DNA of 44,550 nucleotides from Bacteroidota bacterium (lineage in GTDB: Bacteria; Bacteroidota; Bacteroidia; AKYH767-A; 2013-40CM-41-45): the NCBI GenBank assembly GCA_043742705.1, contig JAYTXY010000145.1, positions 1 through 44,550 of the forward strand, given 5' to 3'. Position 1 is the first letter of the stretch. Each line of letters starts with the position of its first letter. The notes below the pieces were generated by a model. That model was not told where the DNA came from, searched no databases, and worked only from the letters and a program-made list of their open reading frames with translations. The translations under genes and the position numbers were made by a program. Below are positions 27,619 to 38,993 of the stretch, in pieces.

Positions 27619-28797
27619 ATGAGAGAAGTTTATATCGTTTCCGCAGTAAGAACACCAATTGGAAGTTTCGGAGGAGCATTGTCCGCCTTATCAGCAACGC
27701 AACTTGGAGCAGCAGCCATCAAAGCGGCTTTGGAGAGAATCAAATTGGATCCGAAAGAAGTACAGGAAGTCTACATGGGAAACGTATTGTCAGCAAACGT
27801 TGGACAAGCGCCTGCAACGCAAGCTTCCATCTGGGGAGGCATTCCGAATACGACTCCGGGAACAACAATAAATAAAGTATGTGCTTCAGGAATGAAAGCC
27901 ATCATGCTGGGTGCTCAGTCAATTATGACTGGAGACAACGAAGTTGTTGTAGCCGGAGGAATGGAAAGCATGAGCAATGTTCCTTATTACCTCGATAAAG
28001 CACGAAACGGTTATCGTCTTGGTCACGGATCGATTACAGATGGTCTGGTGAAAGATGGACTCTGGGATGTATACAACGATTATCACATGGGAAGTGCTGC
28101 TGAACTTTGTGCAACAGAATGCAAAATCAGCCGTGAAGAACAGGATGCATATGCTGTTGAGTCTTACAAACGTTCTGCTGACGCTTACTCCAAAGGATTA
28201 TTCAAAGATGAGATCGTTCCTGTGTCGGTTCCTCAACGCGGAAAAGATCCATTGATCGTAAGTGATGACGAGGAATATAAAAATGTAAAGTTCGACAAGA
28301 TCCCGACACTGAAACCTGCATTTCAAAAAGACGGAACAGTAACTGCTGCTAATGCATCGAAACTGAATGACGGAGCAGCGGCAGTTGTGCTGATGAGCAA
28401 AGAAAAAGCCGACAAACTTGGCATCAAACCGATTGCAAAAATCAGGGGGTTCGCTGATGCACAGCAAGCTCCGGAGTGGTTTACCACAGCTCCTTCTAAA
28501 GCATTGCCGCGAGCAATTGCAAAGGCAAACTTAAAAGCGGAAGACATTCAGTATTACGAAATCAACGAAGCTTTTTCTGTAGTCGCTATTGCCAACAACA
28601 ACGAAATGAAACTTGACTCTTCAAAAGTAAATGTAAACGGTGGAGCTGTTTCGCTTGGACATCCGCTTGGTTGCTCCGGAGCAAGAATTATTGTGACTTT
28701 GCTTCACGTGTTAAAACAACGTAATGCAAAAATCGGTGCAGCCGGAATTTGCAATGGCGGTGGTGGAGCGAGTGCGATGGTAGTGGAGTTAGTTTAA
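27619..28797 (+). CDS. atoB: Acetyl-CoA C-acetyltransferase (thiolase)
   Basis: NKVCASG, GGMESMS, NEAF, GHPLGCSG and CNGGG motifs. Confidence 0.95.
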   Translation: MREVYIVSAVRTPIGSFGGALSALSATQLGAAAIKAALERIKLDPKEVQEVYMGNVLSANVGQAPATQASIWGGIPNTTPGTTINKVCASGMKAIMLGAQSIMTGDNEVVVAGGMESMSNVPYYLDKARNGYRLGHGSITDGLVKDGLWDVYNDYHMGSAAELCATECKISREEQDAYAVESYKRSADAYSKGLFKDEIVPVSVPQRGKDPLIVSDDEEYKNVKFDKIPTLKPAFQKDGTVTAANASKLNDGAAAVVLMSKEKADKLGIKPIAKIRGFADAQQAPEWFTTAPSKALPRAIAKANLKAEDIQYYEINEAFSVVAIANNNEMKLDSSKVNVNGGAVSLGHPLGCSGARIIVTLLHVLKQRNAKIGAAGICNGGGGASAMVVELV

Positions 28798-28928
28798 AGT
28801 TCTTAGTTCAAAGCAGAGTTGAGATTCTTCAAAAGACTTTCAGTGACGCAATTATTATTTTATTGAGGTATCAACTAAGTTCCTGATATTAGCGTTTAAC
28901 TTCAACATTGAACTTTGAACTTTGAACT
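28791..28928. repeat. AGTTCAA-family array facing a TTGAACT array
   Basis: AGTTTAA AGTTCTT AGTTCAA at 28791-28811 and (TTGAACT)3 at 28908-28928. Confidence 0.8.
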
Positions 28929-28935
28929 TAAAAAA

Positions 28936-29706
28936 ATGTACGGCATCTGTAACCTAAGTATGATCCCTGTCCGGTCAGAACCTTCTGATAAGAGTGAAAT
29001 GGTTTCACAACTCTTGTTTGGTGAAGCGGTCGAAGTACTTGACAAGCACGAGTCGTGGAGAAAGGTTCGGTTATGTTATGATGATTACATTGGATGGGTT
29101 GATAAGAAACAAATCATATCTATCGAAGAAGAAGAACTGAAAAAAAATTCTACACAGCCTTCTACAGCAACTCTTGATATCGTACAGATTGTTATTTTCA
29201 ATCAGAGCAACATCATTCCAGTTGTTCTCGGAAGCACACTTCCGGCTTATCAGAACAAAAAATTCCGGATCGGAAACACGGAGTACATCTATGATGGAAA
29301 CGTAAAACTTTTTTCTTCCCCTGATCCATCGAATATAGTTGAACATGCTTTCATGTATCTTAATGCCCCTTATTTATGGGGAGGAAGATCTCCGTTCGGG
29401 TTGGATTGTTCAGGGTACACACAAATGGTTTTCAAACTTTGCGGAATTCTTTTGAAACGCGATGCGAATCAACAAGCGCAACAAGGAAGAACCATCAACC
29501 TGTTGGAAGAATCAAAACCCGGCGACCTTGCTTTCTTTGAAAACCAAGAGGGAAAAATTACGCATGTTGGTATTATTTTATCCGGGAACAAAATCATTCA
29601 TGCCAGCGGAAAAGTGCATGTCGATAAACTTGATCATCAGGGAATTTTCAGTGAAGAGACCAACAAGTACACACATAAACTCAGGGTAATCAAGAGATTT
29701 TTCTAA
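28936..29706 (+). CDS. NlpC/P60 (C40) peptidase with N-terminal SH3 domain, dipeptidyl-peptidase VI-like
   Basis: SQLLFGE, PYLWGG..DCSG, PGDLAFF and HVG..IIHA motifs; start set to ATG 28936. Confidence 0.92.
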   Translation: MYGICNLSMIPVRSEPSDKSEMVSQLLFGEAVEVLDKHESWRKVRLCYDDYIGWVDKKQIISIEEEELKKNSTQPSTATLDIVQIVIFNQSNIIPVVLGSTLPAYQNKKFRIGNTEYIYDGNVKLFSSPDPSNIVEHAFMYLNAPYLWGGRSPFGLDCSGYTQMVFKLCGILLKRDANQQAQQGRTINLLEESKPGDLAFFENQEGKITHVGIILSGNKIIHASGKVHVDKLDHQGIFSEETNKYTHKLRVIKRFF

Positions 29707-29786
29707 GCTTTATTTTTAGTAGCCAATTTGTCCTTTCCGGCTTTGTAATTGCGCCATTTTGTTCTTAAATTTTTCACTTTGATCCG

Positions 29787-29801
29787 TGGCAACTTCTTTG
29801 A
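29787..29801 (+). promoter_or_regulatory. Putative sigma-54 promoter of clpB
   Basis: TGGCA-N6-TTGA, i.e. GG-N10-GA in place of the canonical GC. Confidence 0.55.
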
Positions 29802-29870
29802 TATTCCGCCAACGCAAAAAGTATAAATCACAATTCGTATATTCGTATTCATTACTAATTTGAAGCTAAA

Positions 29871-32486
29871 ATGAACTTAAATAACTTCACCATTAAATCG
29901 CAGGAAGCGCTTCAGGAAGCGCAACAACTTGCAATCACGTATGAGCAGCAAGCCATTGAACCTGCGCACATGTTGAGAGGAATGATCGAAGTGGATGAAA
30001 ATGTCATTCCTTATATCTTAAAAAAAGTGAACGTTAGCCCTGATGCAATCCTGAAAGGGCTTGATTCAATAATTCGCTCCTATCCTCGCTCTAACGGAGA
30101 CAATCACTATCTCTCCGATGAATCAAACAAAGTTGTTCAAAAGGCAATTGCTTTCATGCGTTCATTCGGAGACGAATTTGTTTCCATCGAACATTTATTA
30201 ATAGGAATGATTCTCAGCAAAGACAGAACTGCACAATTGCTGAAGCAGGAAGGAGTGAATGAACGCGAGGTAAAAGCTGCCATCAAGGAACTTCGCCAAG
30301 GATCAAAAGTTACGAGCCAGTCTGCTGAGGAAACGTACAATGCACTCAACAAATACGGAAAGAACCTGAACGATCTTGCCACACAAGGAAAACTCGATCC
30401 GGTGATTGGCCGTGATGAAGAAATCAGAAGAGTGTTGCAAATACTTTCCCGAAGAACTAAAAACAATCCGATCCTCATCGGTGAACCCGGAGTTGGTAAA
30501 ACAGCCATCGCAGAAGGACTGGCTCATCGCATCATCAACGGGGATGTTCCGGAGAACCTAAAATCAAAACGAATCTTTTCACTTGACATGAGTGCATTGA
30601 TTGCAGGAGCGAAATACAAAGGAGAATTTGAAGAGCGACTGAAATCAGTGGTAAAAGAAGTCATTCATGCTGACGGAGAAATTATTTTATTCATCGATGA
30701 AATTCATACGCTCGTTGGTGTGGGCGGAGGTAGTGATGGCGCCATGGATGCTGCCAACATCCTGAAGCCTGCACTTGCGCGAGGTGAATTACGTGCAATC
30801 GGTGCAACAACACTTGGCGAATACCAGAAGTACATTGAAAAAGACAAAGCGCTTGAAAGACGTTTTCAGAAAGTGATGGTGGAAGAACCATCTACGGAAG
30901 ATGCAATTTCAATTCTTCGCGGATTGAAAGAACGTTATGAAACACATCATAAAGTCCGAATTAAAGATGAAGCAATTATTGCTGCGGTGGAATTGAGTGA
31001 ACGATATATCAGCGATCGTTTTCTTCCTGACAAAGCAATTGACCTGGTGGATGAAGCTGCTGCAAAGCTGAGACTTGAAATCGATTCTGTTCCGGAAGAG
31101 TTGGATGAGATTCAACGAAGAATCATGCAACTGGAAATAGAACGTGAAGCAATCAAGCGCGAAAAAGATGACAGGAAACTGAAAGAGTTGAACGAAGAAA
31201 TCGCCAACATCACGGATGAACGAAATCAGCTGAAGGCAAAATGGGAAGATGAAAAGAAAGTTGTCCAGGGAATTCAGAATACAAAAGAAGGAATTGAAAA
31301 CCTGAAGTTGGAAGCTGATCATGCGGAACGCGCAGGTGATTATGGAAAAGTTGCTGAAATCCGATATGGAAAAATTAAAGAAGCTGAGGAGTTGTTATCG
31401 AAACTTGAAAAACAATTGCCCGGAATGCAGGGCAATACAGCAATGATCAAGGAAGAAGTGGATTCAGAAGACATTGCAGAAGTTGTTGCGCGCTGGACAG
31501 GAATTCCAGTGAAACGAATGATGCAGGGAGAACGTGAAAAACTACTTCATCTCGAAGAAGAATTACATAAGCGTGTTGTCGGACAGGAAGAAGCCATAGC
31601 AGCATTGAGTGATGCTGTTCGCAGAAGTCGCGCAGGATTACAGGATGCGAAGAAACCAATTGGCTCTTTTATTTTCCTTGGAACAACTGGTGTCGGGAAA
31701 ACCGAACTTGCAAAAGCTCTTGCTGACTTTTTATTCAACGATGAAAATTCGCTAACGCGCATTGATATGAGCGAATACCAGGAACGTCATGCCGTGTCAC
31801 GTTTGATTGGTGCTCCTCCGGGATATGTAGGTTACGATGAAGGAGGACAATTAACAGAAGCTGTTCGGAGAAGACCTTATTCCGTTATTCTCCTTGATGA
31901 GATTGAGAAAGCACATCCGGATGTGTTCAATATACTTTTACAAGTATTGGATGACGGACGTTTGACAGACAACAAAGGAAGAACAGCAAGTTTCAAGAAC
32001 ACGATCATCATTATGACTTCCAACATTGGGTCGCAAATTATCCAGGAAAGTTTTGAAGGAATGAATGAAACGAATGCTGACCAGGTTCTTGCCACTACAA
32101 AAAATAAAGTGTTTGAGTTGCTCAAGAAAACTATTCGTCCTGAATTCCTGAATCGAATTGATGAGATCATCATGTTCCAGCCATTGACGCGCGCTGAAGT
32201 GAGAGGCATTGTTGAATTGCAATTCCATCATCTCGAAGACATGCTGAAGAAAAATGAAATCGAAATCACGGCAACGGAAAAAGCAATTGACTGGCTTGCG
32301 CAACTTGGGTATGATCCACAGTTCGGAGCAAGACCATTAAAACGTGTCATGCAGAAAAAAGTCTTGAATGAATTATCCAAACAAATTCTTGCCGGAAAAA
32401 TAAACAAGGAAGATCACATTGAAATGGATATTGACAAGAGAAATGAATTTATTTTTAAGAATGTGAAGAAGACAGTTGAAGTTTAA
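29871..32486 (+). CDS. clpB: ATP-dependent chaperone ClpB
   Basis: Two AAA+ domains ([16 protein letters not shown]), long coiled-coil M domain, GARPLKR; no IGF ClpP-docking loop seen. Confidence 0.98.
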   Translation: MNLNNFTIKSQEALQEAQQLAITYEQQAIEPAHMLRGMIEVDENVIPYILKKVNVSPDAILKGLDSIIRSYPRSNGDNHYLSDESNKVVQKAIAFMRSFGDEFVSIEHLLIGMILSKDRTAQLLKQEGVNEREVKAAIKELRQGSKVTSQSAEETYNALNKYGKNLNDLATQGKLDPVIGRDEEIRRVLQILSRRTKNNPILIGEPGVGKTAIAEGLAHRIINGDVPENLKSKRIFSLDMSALIAGAKYKGEFEERLKSVVKEVIHADGEIILFIDEIHTLVGVGGGSDGAMDAANILKPALARGELRAIGATTLGEYQKYIEKDKALERRFQKVMVEEPSTEDAISILRGLKERYETHHKVRIKDEAIIAAVELSERYISDRFLPDKAIDLVDEAAAKLRLEIDSVPEELDEIQRRIMQLEIEREAIKREKDDRKLKELNEEIANITDERNQLKAKWEDEKKVVQGIQNTKEGIENLKLEADHAERAGDYGKVAEIRYGKIKEAEELLSKLEKQLPGMQGNTAMIKEEVDSEDIAEVVARWTGIPVKRMMQGEREKLLHLEEELHKRVVGQEEAIAALSDAVRRSRAGLQDAKKPIGSFIFLGTTGVGKTELAKALADFLFNDENSLTRIDMSEYQERHAVSRLIGAPPGYVGYDEGGQLTEAVRRRPYSVILLDEIEKAHPDVFNILLQVLDDGRLTDNKGRTASFKNTIIIMTSNIGSQIIQESFEGMNETNADQVLATTKNKVFELLKKTIRPEFLNRIDEIIMFQPLTRAEVRGIVELQFHHLEDMLKKNEIEITATEKAIDWLAQLGYDPQFGARPLKRVMQKKVLNELSKQILAGKINKEDHIEMDIDKRNEFIFKNVKKTVEV

Positions 32487-32504
32487 AACTTTGTATGTGA
32501 CAGA

Positions 32505-34415
32505 ATGAAATCTTTGATCCGGCAAATACTTACCAAATACTGGGGCTATAGCGACTTTCGTCCGTTGCAGGAAGATATCATTTTGTCGGTACTCGAAGGA
32601 AAAGACACGCTTGCTTTGATGCCAACGGGCGGAGGCAAATCCATTTGTTTCCAGGTTCCCGCTCTTGCAAAAGAAGGAATTTGCGTAGTCGTGTCTCCTC
32701 TGATCGCCTTGATGAAAGACCAGGTGGAACATCTTAAAGCAAAAGGGATTCCTGCCGTTGCTGTTATTTCCGGAATGAGCAGAAATGAAATTGACATCGC
32801 ACTTGACAACTGCGTTTACGGTAAAGAAAAATTTCTTTACATCTCACCGGAGCGATTAACATCAGAGTTGTTGCAGGAAAGATTACAGAAAATGAACATC
32901 AACCTACTCGCCATTGATGAAGCACATTGCATCTCGCAATGGGGCTATGACTTCCGACCTTCATATCTCAAGATTGCCGAGGTGAGAAAGCTTACCGGTA
33001 ACGCTCCTGTTCTTGCATTGACGGCAACTGCAACGGAAACTGTTAGAAAAGACATCCAGGAAAAATTACTCTTCAAAACAGAAAATCTTTTTCAGAAAAG
33101 CTTTGAGCGAAAAAATTTATCCTATGTGGTGCTTCAGGAAGAAGATAAATTACAGCGTCTCGTCAATATCATTAACAAAGTAGAAGGCACAGGAATTATT
33201 TATGTGCGGAACAGGAAGAGGACGAAAGAGATTGCTGAAATGCTGCAACGAAAAAAAATATCAGCGGGATATTATCATGCAGGACTTCAGTCGTCCATCA
33301 GAAATAAAGTGCAGGATGACTGGATGAAAGGGAAAACACGCGTCATCGCTGCAACCAATGCATTCGGAATGGGAATTGACAAAAGCAATGTTCGCTTTGT
33401 CGTTCACCTCGATTTGCCGGAAGGCATTGAAGCCTATTACCAGGAAGCCGGCCGTGGTGGACGCGATGAAGCAAAAGCTTACGCTGTTTTACTTTACAAC
33501 AATACCGACAAAGCTGAAATCGAACATCGTGTAGAATTAAATTTTCCTGAAGTCGAAGATATTAGAAAAACATACCAGGCGCTTGCGAACTTTTATCAGC
33601 TTCCTGTTGGATCCGGAAAAGGTGTAAGTTTCGATTTCGACATTTCAACATTCAGCTCAACCTACAATCTCCGGATTCCTGTTGTGTTCAATTGCCTGAA
33701 GATTCTTGAATTGCAGGGTTTGATCAGCACTACAGAAGCTGTTGATTTGCATGCTCGAATTCATTTTAAAGTAAACAACAATAACCTTTACGAATTCCAG
33801 GTGAAGAACGAAACGTTCGATCACCTGATCAAAGTAATTTTGCGATCGCATGAAGGTGTGTTTGATGATTATGTTAACATCAATGAAAGCGAAATTGCAT
33901 TGAGAGCAGGTTTTACAAAAGAAGAGACCATCAAACACCTTGTTCTTCTTGACAAACTTGATATTCTCAGTTACCTTCCTGCGAAAGATGCTCCACAAAT
34001 TGTATTCACGGAAGATCGTTTAGATGTGAGGGATCTTCATATTGATCGTCAGAACCTGGCCGAACGTAAGCAGCGATACATTGTTCGTGTGAAAGCCATG
34101 CTTGATTATGCAACAAACAAAACAACGTGCAGAAGCCAGATGTTGCTGAATTATTTCGGTGAAGAAGTTTCTCATCGTTGCGGAAGCTGTGATTTTTGTT
34201 TACAACGAAACAAACTTGGAGTCAATGAACTTGAGTTTTCAAATCTGCAATCTCAGCTCCAGGCAATTCTTACATCGAAACCACTTTCACTCAATGATAT
34301 CTTGCCGCATATTAAAGGAGCACATGAAGACAAGACTTTGAAAGTTGTTGAATGGCTAGTTGACAATGAAAAAATTTCTTATGTGAAAGGAAATTTGCTG
34401 AAGTGGAATTCATGA
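32505..34415 (+). CDS. recQ: RecQ-family ATP-dependent DNA helicase (no HRDC domain)
   Basis: MPTGGGKS, DEAHCISQWGYDFRP, TAT, QEAGRGGRD and Zn-binding CR..CGSCD.C motifs. Confidence 0.93.
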   Translation: MKSLIRQILTKYWGYSDFRPLQEDIILSVLEGKDTLALMPTGGGKSICFQVPALAKEGICVVVSPLIALMKDQVEHLKAKGIPAVAVISGMSRNEIDIALDNCVYGKEKFLYISPERLTSELLQERLQKMNINLLAIDEAHCISQWGYDFRPSYLKIAEVRKLTGNAPVLALTATATETVRKDIQEKLLFKTENLFQKSFERKNLSYVVLQEEDKLQRLVNIINKVEGTGIIYVRNRKRTKEIAEMLQRKKISAGYYHAGLQSSIRNKVQDDWMKGKTRVIAATNAFGMGIDKSNVRFVVHLDLPEGIEAYYQEAGRGGRDEAKAYAVLLYNNTDKAEIEHRVELNFPEVEDIRKTYQALANFYQLPVGSGKGVSFDFDISTFSSTYNLRIPVVFNCLKILELQGLISTTEAVDLHARIHFKVNNNNLYEFQVKNETFDHLIKVILRSHEGVFDDYVNINESEIALRAGFTKEETIKHLVLLDKLDILSYLPAKDAPQIVFTEDRLDVRDLHIDRQNLAERKQRYIVRVKAMLDYATNKTTCRSQMLLNYFGEEVSHRCGSCDFCLQRNKLGVNELEFSNLQSQLQAILTSKPLSLNDILPHIKGAHEDKTLKVVEWLVDNEKISYVKGNLLKWNS

Positions 34416-34424
34416 AATCAGATT

Positions 34425-34491
34425 TGCGACAGGCGATATGCGTATTGCGATAAAAACATTTTACAGTCCCATCGCATATCGCACATCGCAA
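34425..34491. repeat. Inverted pair of heptamer arrays TGCGATA / ATCGCAn
   Basis: Four units at 34425-34452 facing three units at 34471-34491; related units at 5753-5787. Confidence 0.8.
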
Positions 34492-34522
34492 TACTCAAAT
34501 CCAATAATTACTATTCAATCTC

Positions 34523-35113
34523 TTGAAACTTCCTCGCTCCTTCTACCTCCGCCCTGATGTTGTTCAGATCGCCAAAGAATTATTGGGCAAACATCTCTTC
34601 ACTAAATTAAACGGAACACTAACCGGCGGCATCATTACAGAAACAGAAGCGTATGCCGGAATCATTGATCGTGCTTCGCATGCTTTTGGAGGAAGAAGAA
34701 CTGCCCGAACAGAAATTATGTACTCTGAAGGAGGAACAGCATACATCTACCTCTGTTATGGCATTCATTCCTTGTTTAATGTAGTTACAAATGATAAAAA
34801 TGTTCCGCATGCTGTATTGATTCGTGCTATTTACCCTACACATGGAATTAAAAAAATGATGGAGAGAAGAAACATGATTGAGCAAAAAAAAAATCTTTCA
34901 GCCGGACCCGGAACTGTCTCACAATCGTTGGGAATCCATTTCTCTGACTCAGGTCTGAGCCTGCTTGAAAAAAAAATATGGATTGAAGACAAAGGAATTA
35001 CAGTGAATAAAAAAGATATCAAGGCCAGCGCACGAATTGGTGTAGATTATGCAGGGACAGATGCATTGCTGCCTTACCGCTTCGTACTTGATTCAAAAAA
35101 TATTAAATTCTGA
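34523..35113 (+). CDS. mpg: DNA-3-methyladenine glycosylase (MPG/AAG family)
   Basis: IITETEAY, YIYLCYGIH, AVLIRA, GPG and RIGV motifs; TTG start. Confidence 0.95.
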   Translation: MKLPRSFYLRPDVVQIAKELLGKHLFTKLNGTLTGGIITETEAYAGIIDRASHAFGGRRTARTEIMYSEGGTAYIYLCYGIHSLFNVVTNDKNVPHAVLIRAIYPTHGIKKMMERRNMIEQKKNLSAGPGTVSQSLGIHFSDSGLSLLEKKIWIEDKGITVNKKDIKASARIGVDYAGTDALLPYRFVLDSKNIKF

Positions 35114-35152
35114 TTCTCATTTTTATCTTTTCTTTGCAGTCAGAATTTCCTT

Positions 35153-36340
35153 ATGCAAACTAATTTTCCTAAACTTACTTTAAAGCCACAAAAAGAACGA
35201 TCGCTGATAAACCGACATCCGTGGCTATTTTCAGGTGCTGTCGACAAGATCGATAATGGAATCCACGAAGGTGATATCGTTGAAATCTTTTCTAAAGATC
35301 AGAAATACCTCGCAACAGGTCATTACCACGAGGGTTCGATCAAGGTTAGAATTTTCTCTTTTGAAAAAACCGATTGTTCGTATTCTTTCTGGAAGGGGAA
35401 ATTGGAAAGAGCTTTTGCCTTCAGGAAGCAATTGGGATTGACGAACAATCCTGACACCAATGCATACCGACTTATTCATGCGGAAGGTGATGGATTGCCC
35501 GGACTGATCATCGACATCTACAACACAACCGCAGTCATACAAACCCATACACTGGGAATGCATCGTTGCAAAAATTTCATCGTGGATGCATTGAAAGAAA
35601 TATACGGATCAAAACTCAGAGCCATTTATGATAAGAGTGCAGATGCAATGAGTAAGCAAGATGCGTCTTTAGTGACGAATCAGTTTTTGTTCGGCAAAGA
35701 AGAAAATGTGGAAGTGGTTGAAAACGGAATCAAATTTGTCATCGACTACGAAACAGGGCAAAAGACAGGCTTCTTCATTGACCAACGAGATAACAGGAAA
35801 TTACTCGGAACGTATTCAAAGAAAAAAAAAGTACTGAATACATTCGCGTACTCAGGAGGATTCAGTTTGTATGCATTGAAAGCCGGAGCAGAATTGGTTC
35901 ACTCTGTCGACAGCTCCAAAAAGACAGCTGACTGGTGTGAGAAAAATATTGCAATGAATTCCGTGAGTGCACCACATGAATTTTTCACGGAAGATGTTTT
36001 TGACTTTTTCAAGAAATCACAGACAGCGTATGATGTCATCGTTCTTGATCCGCCTGCTTTTGCGAAGCACCTCAGTTCTGTTGACAAAGCAACAGTCGGT
36101 TATCGCAACCTGAACGCTGAAGCAATGAAACGAATTAATAAGAACGGAATACTGTTTACGTTCTCTTGCTCACAAGTCATTGATAAAAATCTTTTCCGGA
36201 AAATTGTTTTCACCGCTGCTGTGCAGGCGAGACGAAACGTTCGAATCCTTCATCAGCTTTCTCAACCAGCTGATCATCCGATCAGTATCTACCACCCTGA
36301 AGGAGAATATCTAAAAGGATTAGTTTTGCATGTTGAGTAA
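35153..36340 (+). CDS. rlmI: 23S rRNA m5C1962 methyltransferase (RlmI family)
   Basis: HPWLFSG PUA domain, EGDGLPGL, GQKTGFFIDQRDNR, LDPPAF, SCS and YLKG motifs. Confidence 0.92.
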   Translation: MQTNFPKLTLKPQKERSLINRHPWLFSGAVDKIDNGIHEGDIVEIFSKDQKYLATGHYHEGSIKVRIFSFEKTDCSYSFWKGKLERAFAFRKQLGLTNNPDTNAYRLIHAEGDGLPGLIIDIYNTTAVIQTHTLGMHRCKNFIVDALKEIYGSKLRAIYDKSADAMSKQDASLVTNQFLFGKEENVEVVENGIKFVIDYETGQKTGFFIDQRDNRKLLGTYSKKKKVLNTFAYSGGFSLYALKAGAELVHSVDSSKKTADWCEKNIAMNSVSAPHEFFTEDVFDFFKKSQTAYDVIVLDPPAFAKHLSSVDKATVGYRNLNAEAMKRINKNGILFTFSCSQVIDKNLFRKIVFTAAVQARRNVRILHQLSQPADHPISIYHPEGEYLKGLVLHVE

Positions 36341-36342
36341 CT

Positions 36343-36434
36343 AGCTCAAAGTCCTTAGTTCAAAGTATGAAGTTCTAAGTTTAAACTAACAGGAGCATTC
36401 ATAATTCACAATTCATAATTCATAATTCATAATT
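36343..36434. repeat. Two heptamer arrays: AGTTCAA family x6 and ATTCATA x5
   Basis: 36343-36384 follows the rlmI stop; 36397-36431 precedes the MATE start. Confidence 0.85.
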
Positions 36435-36438
36435 TCGT

Positions 36439-37770
36439 TTGCAGGTCAAGGCAACATACAAAGACATCTTTCGCATCGCATATCCCGTGGTGCTTGGAAG
36501 CATTTCCCTCACCATTTTAAATGTGACGGACACTGTCTTCATGGGGCGTGTTGGCGAAACCGAACTTGGCGCTGTCGGACTTGGCGGAGTGTTTTATTTT
36601 GTATTAGCCATGATTGGTGTAGCGATTGGAGTTGGAGCTCAGATTTTGATTGCACGAAGAGCCGGTGAAAAAAATGAATCTGCCATCGGTGAAATTTTTG
36701 ACCATAGTTTTATTATTCTCACAGCACTTGGTATTTTTCTTTTTGCTTTTGTTGAGTTCCTCGCTCCTGCTCTGCTGAGGATTCTTGTAAGCGACCAAGC
36801 TACATTGGATGCTGTCATTGTCTTTCTTCATTACCGTGCATTCGGTTTGATAGCGGTTTTATGTGCTACCGTATTTCGTTCGTTTTATGTTGGAATTGCA
36901 ATGCCTAAAGTATTCGGTGTTTATTCTGCCATCATGGCCGCTGTGAATATGCTGCTCGGATGGTTGCTCATCTTCGGTAACTGGGGATTTCCGAAAATGG
37001 GAATTGCAGGAGCCGGCATTGCTTCCAGCGTGGCAGAATGGTTTGCTCTTTTCTTCCTGGTCATTTACACGATGATCAGGCACGATGTAAAAAAATTTCA
37101 TCTATTCCGCTTCAGTAAGTTTGATGGCGCTGAAATAAAAAAAATTCTTTCCCTATCTGCTCCGTTAGTATTGCAGAATTTTATTTCGATGGGTGCCTGG
37201 TTTATTTTCTTTGTGTTCATAGAGAAGATGGGGAAACATGCGCTTGCCATTTCTAATCTCGGTCGGAGTGCTTACATGGTAAGCATGACTCCTCTTTGGG
37301 GATTCTCCGTTGCTGCCAACAGCATGGTGAGCAACATCATCGGTCAGAAGAAGAGTGATGATGTGATGCCGTTGCTAAAAAAAATTCTCACCCTTGCCAT
37401 TTCGATAACAGGTGTTGTTATCCTGCTGAACCTGTTTTTCCCAAATATGATGCTCGGTATTTTTACACAGGATAAAATCCTGATTGCCGACAGCCTGGGA
37501 GTTTTACAAATGGTAAATCTGGCGATGATCTTTTTTTCAGCAGCCATCGTTTGTATAAGTGCAGTTAGTGGAACCGGTGCCACTAAAACAGCTCTCCTGA
37601 TTGAAGTGGCTGCCATCGTGGTTTATATGGCATACATTTATGCGATTGTTTTCCCGCTTCAAGGTTCACTGGAGCTTGCCTGGCTTGCAGAAGCAATCTA
37701 CTGGCTGTTTACAGGAGTTGTGTGTTTTGTTTTCTTACGCAGCGGAAGGTGGAAGAAGATCAGCATTTGA
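36439..37770 (+). CDS. MATE family efflux transporter
   Basis: About 12 TM helices; D..FMGR.G..ELGAVG and FG.WG.P.MGIAGAGIAS motifs; TTG start. Confidence 0.93.
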   Translation: MQVKATYKDIFRIAYPVVLGSISLTILNVTDTVFMGRVGETELGAVGLGGVFYFVLAMIGVAIGVGAQILIARRAGEKNESAIGEIFDHSFIILTALGIFLFAFVEFLAPALLRILVSDQATLDAVIVFLHYRAFGLIAVLCATVFRSFYVGIAMPKVFGVYSAIMAAVNMLLGWLLIFGNWGFPKMGIAGAGIASSVAEWFALFFLVIYTMIRHDVKKFHLFRFSKFDGAEIKKILSLSAPLVLQNFISMGAWFIFFVFIEKMGKHALAISNLGRSAYMVSMTPLWGFSVAANSMVSNIIGQKKSDDVMPLLKKILTLAISITGVVILLNLFFPNMMLGIFTQDKILIADSLGVLQMVNLAMIFFSAAIVCISAVSGTGATKTALLIEVAAIVVYMAYIYAIVFPLQGSLELAWLAEAIYWLFTGVVCFVFLRSGRWKKISI

Positions 37771-37865
37771 AAATTCATTGCAGTAGGTTATAACTAATTT
37801 GATTTTCTTTCGTTCTATACAGGAGTTTATTTATTTCAGACTTTAGAATTCGTTCTGTCATTTTT

Positions 37866-38831
37866 ATGCCCTCCTCCCTCAAAATTATTTTTTACGGTAC
37901 TCCTGAATTTGCTGTTCCTTCACTGGATATTCTGATCAAGAATGGTTACCAGATTGCTGCTGTTGTTACAGTTCCTGATAAACCATCGGGTCGCGGACAA
38001 AAAATCATTTCTTCTCCCGTGAAAGAGTATGCGGAAAAACATGGATTAAAAATATTACAGCCATCCAATCTGAAAGACGAAAATTTCATCAATGAACTTA
38101 AAGAAATAAAACCTGATCTTCAGATTGTGGTTGCATTCCGAATGATGCCTGAAGTCGTGTGGAAAATGCCAAGACTTGGAACATTCAACCTCCACGGTTC
38201 ACTCCTTCCCCAATATCGCGGTGCTGCGCCCATTAACTGGGCAATCATCAACGGAGAAAAAGAAACCGGTGTCACCACTTTTTTTCTGCGTCATGAAATT
38301 GATACGGGAAAAATTATTGCCAGTGAAAAGGTTGCTATCGGTGAATCTGAAACTGCGGGGGGACTGCACGATCGATTGATGCTCCTCGGAGCAGAACTGG
38401 TTCTTAAAACTGTTGTCTCGATTGAAAAAGAAAATTACAAACTCACAGAACAAGACAAACTGGCAAAAAGAGATGAGCTGAAACAAGCTCCGAAACTTAG
38501 CAAGAATAATTGCAAAATCACTACAGACAAATCGGTGAAGGAACTTGTCAACCATGTCCGCGGACTTTGCCCGCATCCTGGTGCTGCCACTGAGTTTTAC
38601 AACGACAACGGATTTTCAATCATGGCAAAAATTTATGAGGTCAAAGGTGAAGTTTCGTCTCATGATAGTACTCCCGGAAAAATTGAAACTGATAACAAAT
38701 CTTACCTGAAAATTTTTCTTCGTGATGGTTGGGTTTTCGTAAACGAACTCCAGGTTGCCGGCAGAAACAGAATGACAATAAAAGATTTTCTGAACGGGTT
38801 TCAGTTTACCGGTAACTGGGAGATGCAGTAA
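37866..38831 (+). CDS. fmt: Methionyl-tRNA formyltransferase
   Basis: FYGTPEFAV, PDKPSGRG, NLHGSLLPQYRGAAPI and DTG motifs. Confidence 0.97.
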   Translation: MPSSLKIIFYGTPEFAVPSLDILIKNGYQIAAVVTVPDKPSGRGQKIISSPVKEYAEKHGLKILQPSNLKDENFINELKEIKPDLQIVVAFRMMPEVVWKMPRLGTFNLHGSLLPQYRGAAPINWAIINGEKETGVTTFFLRHEIDTGKIIASEKVAIGESETAGGLHDRLMLLGAELVLKTVVSIEKENYKLTEQDKLAKRDELKQAPKLSKNNCKITTDKSVKELVNHVRGLCPHPGAATEFYNDNGFSIMAKIYEVKGEVSSHDSTPGKIETDNKSYLKIFLRDGWVFVNELQVAGRNRMTIKDFLNGFQFTGNWEMQ

Positions 38832-38835
38832 ACAA

Positions 38836-38910
38836 GTTATACGTTATTAGTTATTCGTAACCCTTTGGTTATTTTTCTCTCTTATGACGTATAACCAATA
38901 ACGTATAACG
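38836..38910. repeat. Inverted pair of heptamer arrays GTTATnn / ATAACnn
   Basis: 38836-38856 facing 38884-38910. Confidence 0.8.
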
Positions 38911-38993
38911 GTTTCATATCCCTGTTGATAATTTTTCATTTCGTTTCATTCTTCAACATTGAATTTCACTGAACTTTGCCGTGAATAGTAACG

